This document shows, one piece after another, positions 1-8,200 of a stretch of 42,942 nt of DNA. Source of the stretch: an uncultured Saprospiraceae bacterium (lineage in GTDB: Bacteria > Bacteroidota > Bacteroidia > Chitinophagales > Saprospiraceae); assembly GCA_937959375.1 (NCBI GenBank), contig CALGLS010000047.1, positions 1 through 42,942 on the forward strand, read 5' to 3'. The number at the start of each line of letters is the position of its first letter. Positions within the stretch are counted from its first letter, which is position 1. The notes below the pieces were generated by a model. That model made no database searches and was not told the DNA's origin. It saw only the letters and a list, made by a program, of their open reading frames with translations. The position numbers and the translations under genes were made by a program.

Positions 1-103
1 GTACGCGTTCGGGCATCCTTCAAACCTTCAATCCTTATCACCTTCAAACCTTATCACTTTACCAAATGAAATCAATTAACACATAAAAAATTTCCGATCA
101 AAC

Positions 104-550
104 ATGAAGAATTTATTTTTTCTATTTGCGATGTGCTCAGCGTTAACTTTTATTTCTTGTGCAAAAGACAAGGAGGATCCTGAACCGTCTAAATATATGA
201 CTGCCAGCATTGATGGCAATACCTTTGAAGCGGTAACGATTTCATCTGTTGTTTCTGATTCGATTGTTCTATCTACTGGTACAAATGAAGATGCAACATT
301 TACTATTGGTTTAAACATTCCAGTCGACATTATTGTTAACGAAGAACTAATTATTGACGAATTTGATTTTGGAATTACTTTTACGGATGTCGATGATAAT
401 ATATTCTCAACAGTTGGCACAGTAGAGTTGACAGAAAATGATGCCGAAGCAGATGTACTAGAAGGCGTTTTTACCTTTACGGCAACGGAAGATGGAAACG
501 AAACAAATGTACATGAAATCACGAATGGTACTTTCAAGTTTACTTACTAG
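104..550 (+). CDS. hypothetical lipoprotein (148 aa)
   Basis: ATG ORF. N-terminal signal peptide MKNLFFLFAMCSALTFIS-C with a lipobox-like Cys19. No family recognised. Preferred over the overlapping antisense ORF 76..537, which is Ser/Thr-rich and low in complexity. Confidence 0.55.
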   Translation: MKNLFFLFAMCSALTFISCAKDKEDPEPSKYMTASIDGNTFEAVTISSVVSDSIVLSTGTNEDATFTIGLNIPVDIIVNEELIIDEFDFGITFTDVDDNIFSTVGTVELTENDAEADVLEGVFTFTATEDGNETNVHEITNGTFKFTY

Positions 551-583
551 AAAACATTAGGAAATTAGACAAGGACAAAATAC

Positions 584-1930
584 ATGGAAAAGAAAATCAT
601 AATTATTGGAGCAGGACTTTGTGGAACCTTACTCGCTATTCGAATGGCACAGAGAGGTTATACCGTTAGCCTACACGAAAAGCGATCTGACATGCGTAAA
701 GAAGATGTAGATGCAGGTCGTTCCATCAATCTTGCACTTTCTAGCAGAGGTTTGATGGCATTAGAGAAAGTTGGACTAAAAGACCGTGTACTCAAGACCT
801 GCATCCCGATGCATGGCCGTTTGATTCATCCAATTGAAGGAGACAATTTTTTATCGCGCTATAGTGGACGTGAGGAAGATTACATCAACTCCGTTTCACG
901 AGGAGGTTTGAATATTACCTTGTTGGAAACAGCAGATGAATTTGACAACCTAACCATTTACTTTAATAGCAAGTGTGAGCGGGTTGACCTAAAAGGTGCC
1001 AAAGCTACCTTTAAAAATATTGTCACTGGAGAAACGATAGAAGAGCAAGGAGAGGTTGTGATTGGAACAGATGGTGCTGGCTCTATTGTCCGCAAAAGTA
1101 TGATGAGCCAAACAACCCGATTACTATTCAATTATTCTCAAAACTTCCTTCGTCATGGCTACAAGGAATTGAGTATTCCTCCAACGAAAGATGGTGGCTA
1201 TCAAATTGACAAAAATGCCTTACACATCTGGCCACGTGGTAGTTTTATGATCATCGCTTTACCCAACCTAGATGGTAGCTTTACGGTAACTATGTTTCAT
1301 CCGTATGGTACAGATATCGGTTTTAATAATCTAGACACTAAAGAAAAGGTACAGTCCTTTTTTGAAAAATATTTCCCAGATTTGATTCCGCATATGCCAG
1401 ATTATGTGGAGGAGTATTTTGAAAATCCGGTGGGTACACTAGGTACCATCAAATGTTATCCTTGGCAGGCATACGGCAAGACTTTAATCATGGGAGATGC
1501 TTCTCATGCAATCGTACCGTTTTACGGCCAGGGAATGAATTCCTCTTTTGAGGATGTTCGTGTATTTGATGATTTGATGGATGAGCATGATGGGAATTGG
1601 GAACTACTTTTTGAAAAGTTCCAAGAAGCCCGTGTTGTGAATGCAGATGCAATTGCTGATTTGGCGATTGACAATTTTCATGAGATGCAAGACAAAGTGG
1701 ACGATGAAGATTTTAAGCGAAAGCGAAAATTAGAAATGCAGTTGGAACAAAAATTCCCAGATTACTATTCTAAATATTCACTAGTTACCTTCAAACCGGA
1801 ACTCCCCTACTCTGAAGCAATGAAATTAGGACGTGCTCAAGATGATTTGCTTTTGAAGCTTTGTGCGAATGGTGAGACGGAGGTTCCGTTGGAGGAGATT
1901 CGGGAAATGTTGCGGGAGTTGGGGAGTTAG
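584..1930 (+). CDS. kmo: kynurenine 3-monooxygenase (FAD-dependent)
   Basis: N-terminal Rossmann FAD motif KIIIIGAGLCGTLLA. Later motif GDASHAIVPFYGQGMNSSFEDV is typical of KMO-type flavoprotein hydroxylases. The 448-aa length fits. The 33-bp gap after the upstream ORF suggests co-transcription. Confidence 0.85.
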   Translation: MEKKIIIIGAGLCGTLLAIRMAQRGYTVSLHEKRSDMRKEDVDAGRSINLALSSRGLMALEKVGLKDRVLKTCIPMHGRLIHPIEGDNFLSRYSGREEDYINSVSRGGLNITLLETADEFDNLTIYFNSKCERVDLKGAKATFKNIVTGETIEEQGEVVIGTDGAGSIVRKSMMSQTTRLLFNYSQNFLRHGYKELSIPPTKDGGYQIDKNALHIWPRGSFMIIALPNLDGSFTVTMFHPYGTDIGFNNLDTKEKVQSFFEKYFPDLIPHMPDYVEEYFENPVGTLGTIKCYPWQAYGKTLIMGDASHAIVPFYGQGMNSSFEDVRVFDDLMDEHDGNWELLFEKFQEARVVNADAIADLAIDNFHEMQDKVDDEDFKRKRKLEMQLEQKFPDYYSKYSLVTFKPELPYSEAMKLGRAQDDLLLKLCANGETEVPLEEIREMLRELGS

Positions 1931-2142
1931 AAATTTGAATTAGAGTTAGAATTGTAATTAGAATGCCATCTAACGTAGTACGTACCTAGTTTACTCTCCG
2001 TTGTGCTGCGCGCAGACTTCCTTTTATCCAGCGGCCGAAGCCTTATGAAGAAGGACTTAAAGATTAAGGGCGCGAGAGAGGAATGGAAATTAGAACATGC
2101 TATTATCACTGATCACCTAACTTATTAATAAAAAAACAAGCC

Positions 2143-2799
2143 ATGAAACAACACTTAGCAATTCTTATCCTAGCCATAACCACCCTCTCTTATGCTTGTA
2201 ACAAAAAGTGTGAAAGTGTAAAAACTGGAGCGGTTGCCCTCAATGAAATTTCACAAACCTATACACCTTATCAAGATGGAGCCTCGCTTACTTTCGTAAA
2301 TGAGCAAGGCGAGGAAATGGTTTTCACCAATGAACGTATTGCTGAAGATTTTAGAATTTGTGTCAAATATCTTTGTAAAAACACGAGTGATCCTTTTGAT
2401 CAGATTCCATGTGAGTATTATGAAGCGCAGGGATTTCGGAATTTATTGCGGACAGCTTCTAATGATACGATGATAATTGAGTTGGTCGTTTCTACGGAGA
2501 ATTATCAATCAGAAAGCACTTTGTTTTATGACCTCTTTAGTATACATATGTCAACGATTGGTCCATTAACACGGGGACAGTATGTTCCTCATATTGGATT
2601 TACCGATCCTGTTTTTGATCAAAATACAACTTCTATCACGGAGCCGATGATTGAAGTGTCGGAAATTGAATTGATGGGTAAAACGTACACCGATGTTATT
2701 TATACAAATGATTCGACTGACCATACGCTTTACTTTCAAAAAGGAAAGGGACTCGTGGTTATTCAGTTGGCGGGAGAACTTTGGGAGTTGGTGGAATAA
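2143..2799 (+). CDS. hypothetical lipoprotein (218 aa)
   Basis: ATG ORF. Signal peptide MKQHLAILILAITTLSYA-C with lipobox Cys19. Followed by a strong terminator. No family recognised. Confidence 0.55.
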   Translation: MKQHLAILILAITTLSYACNKKCESVKTGAVALNEISQTYTPYQDGASLTFVNEQGEEMVFTNERIAEDFRICVKYLCKNTSDPFDQIPCEYYEAQGFRNLLRTASNDTMIIELVVSTENYQSESTLFYDLFSIHMSTIGPLTRGQYVPHIGFTDPVFDQNTTSITEPMIEVSEIELMGKTYTDVIYTNDSTDHTLYFQKGKGLVVIQLAGELWELVE

Positions 2800-2825
2800 A
2801 CAAATGTACTAAGCCTTCAAAAAAA

Positions 2826-2858
2826 GCGTCTGATCTTAATTGATCAGACGCTTTTTTA
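2826..2858 (+). terminator. rho-independent terminator
   Basis: Perfect 10-bp stem gcgtctgatc (2826..2835) / gatcagacgc (2842..2851) with a 6-nt loop, followed by tttttt. Lies 27 bp after the stop at 2799. Confidence 0.75.
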
Positions 2859-3277
2859 ATAAATTAGTACACATTAAAAATATTTTTTTATTTTTTTTTT
2901 CGAAATTCATTATCACTTCTAAAAAGTGCAAAATAATTCCAACGAAGAACTTATGTTAGGTAAAAACCTTGTGCTAACTGTCATATGATGAAAAACAAAA
3001 TACAACAAACTTATCTCTTCTTTGTACTGCAAAAATCATTCCACCACATTAAAGAAAAAGTTAAGACATAACCATATGATTACAAGTCTTGATTTCTTTT
3101 GATATTCCCCTTATTTTTGTATTACGAAACTTATATTTCTTACTTTTTATCAGCAGCAAAAGTAGAAACATCTTTGACTTCCGATTCAGTTTCATAACCG
3201 TACGTAACCATAGCCTTTTCATTTATCGGCATAGATTATTGCTACCCTCAGCTGTAACTAAACTAAAATCTTATATT

Positions 3278-3544
3278 ATGGAAAACGTCCTTCTTTTGAC
3301 CATCATCATTTCATTTACATTAGTTTTCAAAACAGTCATTAACATCAACTTTGGCAACAACAAGCCTAACAAAAGGTGTGAGAATCAACAACCAACTGTT
3401 ATTGTTGTACAACCGGCGCTACCTGCTAATCAAGATGATTCATCGTGGTTGTTTTTAGTTTTATTCGGATTGATTGGATTTTTGATGTATCTATATCTAC
3501 TCTCGCCAAAACTGTTTACTGATTTATTTCTAATTGGCAGCTAA
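3278..3544 (+). CDS. small hypothetical membrane protein (88 aa, two predicted TM helices)
   Basis: The track ORF 3089..3544 starts at TTG and its first 63 codons are low-complexity and AT-rich. The in-frame ATG at 3278 gives MENVLLLTIIISFTLVF... plus a C-terminal hydrophobic helix WLFLVLFGLIGFLMYLYLL. No homology recognised. Confidence 0.35.
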   Translation: MENVLLLTIIISFTLVFKTVININFGNNKPNKRCENQQPTVIVVQPALPANQDDSSWLFLVLFGLIGFLMYLYLLSPKLFTDLFLIGS

Positions 3545-3600
3545 TTAACATCAAAAAGCAAAGCTATTGAAAAGGTGGCTTATGCTTTTCCAAAACTAAA

Positions 3601-3632
3601 AAGCCGTCAAACCAATACTGGCTTGACGGCTT
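3601..3632 (-). terminator. rho-independent terminator between convergent genes (mainly for 3653..4063)
   Basis: Stem aagccgtcaa (3601..3610) / ttgacggctt (3623..3632) with a 12-nt loop. On the minus strand it is followed by a T-run (complement of the aaaaa just upstream of 3601). The T-tract on the plus strand is weaker. Confidence 0.6.
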
Positions 3633-3652
3633 TCATACTTACGAGGAGAATA

Positions 3653-4063
3653 CTATGATTCGCTAAAAATAACATACAAGGTATAAATTGATCCTGGTAA
3701 AACGAACAACAAACTCAACAATAAAGAGATCCAAAATCGATCGTTAATCTCTCCTTCATATAAGTACATCGCTAGTGGTGGAAGTAAAATTGCAAGAACA
3801 ATCAACAAGGCGAAACTTATCTCAGTGTTTGAGTTCTTTTCTTTCTTTATCTCCTTTAGTGCTGACTTTAGTTCCTTTCGCATTTCTTTTTTCTTAGCAC
3901 GTTTTTCTTTTCGACCTAGTTCTTTCCATTCTTTTTCTATAGGATGTACAGGAGTTTCAGTTACAGTTTTTTCAACTGGCTTGACCGTTGAGTTTACTGA
4001 ATAAGCAGGCATTGTAAATAGCAATAATAGTAGTGTGTAAATAAATAATCGGCAACTTTTCAT
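3653..4063 (-). CDS. Pmp3/YqaE (UPF0057) family proteolipid fused to a signal peptide and a Lys/Glu-rich N-terminal extension
   Basis: The C-terminal 55 aa, ALLIVLAILLPPLAMYLYEG...FWISLLLSLLFVLPGSIYTLYVIF, match the two-helix Pmp3/YqaE signature (LLPPL ... PG-IY--YVI). The N-terminus MKSCRLFIYTLLLLLFTMPAYS looks like a signal peptide. The middle region is KE-rich (KEKRAKKKEMRKELKSALKEIKKEK). Confidence 0.6.
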   Translation of the reverse strand: MKSCRLFIYTLLLLLFTMPAYSVNSTVKPVEKTVTETPVHPIEKEWKELGRKEKRAKKKEMRKELKSALKEIKKEKNSNTEISFALLIVLAILLPPLAMYLYEGEINDRFWISLLLSLLFVLPGSIYTLYVIFSES

Positions 4064-4198
4064 GTTTTCTTTTTTTATTATTGAAGAAGTTATTTTTATG
4101 AAAATTATTCATTCTCATCACTTTATAAAATTTGCTCAACAAAGATAATATTTACATCTTAAATTTGATTGCACTTGTTCGTTATTTTCAAATTCAAC

Positions 4199-4236
4199 AA
4201 AAAAAACCACTAACACAATTTGCATTAGTGGTTTTC
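4199..4236 (-). terminator. rho-independent terminator of the OmpA/SPOR gene
   Basis: Stem aaccactaa / ttagtggtt (about 4205..4213 and 4225..4233). On the minus strand it is followed by a run of 8 or more T (the a-run at about 4199..4206). Lies 20 bp downstream of the stop at 4257. Confidence 0.65.
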
Positions 4237-4256
4237 TTTTATTGAAGTTGTTTATA

Positions 4257-5000
4257 TCACTGTTGTCGAAGTGGTGCTGGTACATTAATATCTTCTACTA
4301 CCTGCGCCAACTGTCCATCTGTTTTTACAACTTTCAATTCGACACGACGATTGTACTGACGACCTTCCGCTGTATCTCGACCATCTTCTAATTCATTTTT
4401 TGCAATTGGAGCTTTCTCTCCGAATGTACTCACTCTAAGTCGATTGCTGGAAATGCCTTTGCTTTCTAAATATTTCTTTGCAGCATTTGCCCGACGAGTA
4501 GAGAGTGCCTCATTGTATTCAAAAGATCCCTTTGCATCGGTATGTGCATTCAACTCGGCATTGTAATTTGGATTATTGGATAAGATGGTATAGAGTTGAT
4601 CCAATTGTCTTTTAGATTCTGTGCGCAAAGTTGAACGATCAAAATCAAAAAAGATAGATTGAATTTTAGATGGGTCCATCTTAGGAGCCATACCACAAGC
4701 TAGTGAGCAAGCATTTCGAATGCGCCCCATGTCGATTACACGAGCGTTGTATCCAAGAGCAGTTGCTTGTTGTGCAGTAGCTGAAGCAGCTGCTTCATCT
4801 GCAAATCCACTGATCAAATACTTATGAATATCGTTGTGATCTTTTACATAATAAATGCCGCTTAGCCCTTTGAAATAATCCTTAATTGACACTTGTGTTT
4901 CAAAAGCTGCAACTTGCACAATGTAATCGCTACTTTGCGAAAAGGCGGAAAGACTAAAAAAAAGGCATAGGAATAACGGAAGGAAAGTTTGTTTTCTCAT
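4257..5000 (-). CDS. OmpA-family peptidoglycan-binding protein with an N-terminal SPOR-like domain
   Basis: Signal peptide MRKQTFLPLFLCLFFSLSAFS. SPOR-like segment YIVQVAAFETQ...KYLISGFADEAAASATAQQATALGYNARVI. C-terminal OmpA_C signature FDFDRSTL...LNAHTDAKGSFEYNEALSTRRANAAKKYLESKGI...NRRVELKV. Confidence 0.8.
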   Translation of the reverse strand: MRKQTFLPLFLCLFFSLSAFSQSSDYIVQVAAFETQVSIKDYFKGLSGIYYVKDHNDIHKYLISGFADEAAASATAQQATALGYNARVIDMGRIRNACSLACGMAPKMDPSKIQSIFFDFDRSTLRTESKRQLDQLYTILSNNPNYNAELNAHTDAKGSFEYNEALSTRRANAAKKYLESKGISSNRLRVSTFGEKAPIAKNELEDGRDTAEGRQYNRRVELKVVKTDGQLAQVVEDINVPAPLRQQ

Positions 5001-5256
5001 TTGATTTGTATTTTGGTTAAAAAAATGCAGTACCTCGTAACTAGGAATTACAAAGCGCTAGTATGTTTATAAAACTAAGATATGGAATTTTATAAAATTG
5101 GAGAAATTTATAAGAATTAGATCATCTAGATCCACTAAAAACAACCTAAATAGAGTATTTATGCGTTTAAATTTTTTTTAATATAACTAGGAATTGTTAT
5201 TGGAATAGTGGTAGAAAGGACTTACCAGGCCGACCACTTGTAAAAAGATAGGGCTT

Positions 5257-8200
5257 TTACTTTTTAGAAATCACAGGGGCTTTCGCTTCACAATTTGTAG
5301 AACAGGAATTATTTAACAGCGGATTTTGCCATTCATTATTCGTTGGAGTTGTATAAACGTTTCCATTTACCAAGCCACTCCCATCAACTAAGGGTGCACC
5401 TGTACCAGCAATTCCATCTGCATCTCCGTCAACGATACCTTCTTCCTGTGTGTCGAAACATGCATCCGCATCTGCATCAAGTTCATAGGCATCATAAACT
5501 CCATCAGGAGTCGTCTCACTATCGGCGATAACATAGCTAATGGTTCCATTATCTGTTACCGTCTCAATATTATTAAACAATCCATTTAGACCAAACAGAG
5601 TCGGTGTTCCATCAATAACACCATCTCCATCCGCGTCGGTTTGTCCATGTCCTGCTTCGTCTACATCATAGATACCATCATTGTCAGAGTCGAGATCAAG
5701 ATAATCAGCAACAAGATCATTATCCGTATCTCTAGATTCACAACTAAAAGCAACATTTCCTAATCCAAAGTATTCTCCATCTGTACAATCAGAAACAGAC
5801 CAATCTTTTCCTGATATCGATTCCATTTCTATCTCGATTCGATCTAAGTCGGAAAGTACAGTCAGTAAATCTGCCGCTGTACCGCTCCAAGTTGCATCAT
5901 CTAAGTCAAATGTAAAGGTTGTCCAAATACCAATATTAGCCAAACCTGTAGCATCAAAAGTGGTTGTTATTGTCGTTCCTCCTCCAGTTAAATTAACCTC
6001 CATCACTGCAACTCCAGGATCTTGCGTTCCTGTGATACCATCATAAGTTCCATTAATCCAATTAAAACTAAATTCTCCATTGAGTTTGTTACTTAGGTCT
6101 GCATTTAAATTATTTAGACTCTCAAAATGCATGGTCCCTCCATACGTATCATCTGCCATGATAAAGTTACCTGCTGGATTGGCAGGAATATTAGACATAG
6201 TACAACCTTCTGATGTAAGTAGACTTGAAGAGTGGATAACTCGTCCCTGTATATTTCCGTCATTCAAGTTATCTTGCCACCAACCTTCTCTATCTGCTTC
6301 GAATCCAAATTCATAAGTTGGACAATGCCCTTCTTCTAAATCAGGAATTCCATCATTATCATCATCCAAGTCGTAGGCATCACAGATCGTATCTCCATCA
6401 GTATCAACACCCGAGCAATCTCCATCTGCACAATCTACGTTTCCATCTCCATCATCATCTAATCCGTTATTACAAATTTCTGGTGTAAGCACAGTGACGG
6501 TAAATGTAGTACTGTCTACGCAACCGTCATCATCAAAATAAACGACTTTGTAATCTCCTGCTTGATTGGCTTGGATATTACTTAAATCTATCCGATCTCT
6601 ATCAGTCCCTGAATCAGTCACTTGATAAAATGAATTAGGTCCTGTCCATATAAATGTCCAGTCGTCGAAAGTATTTCCTATAAATTCTAATCGTAAATGA
6701 TTTCCTTGTACGGCAGTCGCATTAGTTCCTGTAAAGTAATTCTCAAAATCAATTTGATACTCTTCTGTCATGGTAGGCGTTGGCTGACAAATACAACCGT
6801 AATTAAACGCAGCATCTAGTGATAATGACGCAGCCCCCAGAGTAACTTCCTCAAATGTCAATCTCAAATAGCGGGTATGCACTTCAGTCGTAAACGCATA
6901 ACTAGTGGGAGCACCAATGCTCATATTATATGGAGAAGCACTGTTTGTAAAAAAGTTAACACCATCAATTGATTCTTCAACCGTTGTGGCAATATTATTT
7001 CCAATTCCTCGTATAAAATAAACTATTGAAGTATCCATCGCAACTCCTAGGTCAATGACCATCGTATCGCCAACAGTAATATTTGCATACAGGTCATCTG
7101 TAGCTCCTGTAGCAAAAGAAGGATTCACAACGCCAACACTTGTTTGACTAATTGCATAATTGAATATCGCACAATCACTATCTGCGCAATCTATATCTCC
7201 GTCGCCGTCATCGTCTATTCCGTTATCACATATTTCGGGAACAAGTAAGTTTACAGTAAATGATGTACTATCAACACAACCTACATTATCGTAGTAAACC
7301 ACTTTGTATTCACCGATTTGATTGGCTTGAATATTAGTTAAAACTAAACGATCTCTTGCATTTCCATCTCCGGTATCAGTTACCTGATAAAACGAGTTAG
7401 GGCCTGTCCAAATAAAAACCCAATCATCAAATCCTCCTCCGTCAAAATTTAAAATTAGGTCGTCTCCCACAAAAACTGGAGCGATAGATCCCGTCACAAA
7501 ACCTCCTGCATTAATTTCATATTCCTCTACCATGGCAACAACAGGTTGACAAATACAATTGCCGTAAGTAATCGCATCTACTCGTACAATTGTTGCCCCA
7601 GCAGTAAGTCGGAGATAACGTGTATGAGAACTTGTCGTAAACGTTGTATCTGCTAAAGAAGCTGAAGGAACTGTAATTGGTGATCCAGCTGCCGGAAAGA
7701 AGTTAATACCATCAATTGATTCCTCTATCGCAAGCGTTGCACCTGAAGAAACATGAGCTATAGTTAATGTATAATCTTCTCCAATATCTAAGGCACTACC
7801 TAAATCAACTACCATTGAGGTAGCAGTTCCGATAGTTGTAACTTGTCCATCAGGAGCACCTAATAAACTCTCCGGATTTAATACTGATCCAGTATTGGTT
7901 TGAGCTGTTGCATAATAAGTTGTGTTACAATCTGAATCGGCACAATCTATGTCTCCATCACCGTCATCGTCTATTCCGTTATTGCATATTTCGGGTGGAA
8001 CCGATACGTTTACCGTAAAAGTTGTACTATCAACGCAACCTACCGGATCAAAGTAAAAAACGGTATATACACCAGCTTGATTGGTTTGAATATTATTTAA
8101 TGTTAATTGATCTCTAGAATTCCCATCGCCGGTATCCGTTATCTGATAAAAGAAATTAGGACCTGTCCATACAAATACCCAATCATCAAATCCACCTCCC

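Noticed and set aside
1-103. Direct repeat ccttcaaacctt (about 17..28 and 41..52) at the left edge of the window
   Set aside because: It is short, has only two copies and is cut by the window edge. It has no tRNA-like or IS-end features I can support.
76-537. 153-aa minus-strand ORF fully overlapping the 104..550 plus-strand ORF
   Set aside because: The translation is Ser/Thr/Val-rich and low in complexity, with no signal peptide or recognisable motif. The plus-strand ORF has a clean lipoprotein signal peptide and sits directly upstream of kmo. It is most likely an antisense shadow ORF.
1927-2109. 60-aa minus-strand ORF in the intergenic region downstream of kmo
   Set aside because: It ends in NYNSNSNSNF, which comes from the short ttaga repeats. 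It has no motif and no sensible start context, so it is probably non-coding.
3089-3277. N-terminal extension of ORF 3089..3544 (TTG start)
   Set aside because: The first 63 codons lie in an AT-rich, promoter-like region and translate to low-complexity Phe/Ile/Arg-rich sequence. The internal ATG at 3278 gives a coherent two-TM small protein, and even that call has low confidence.
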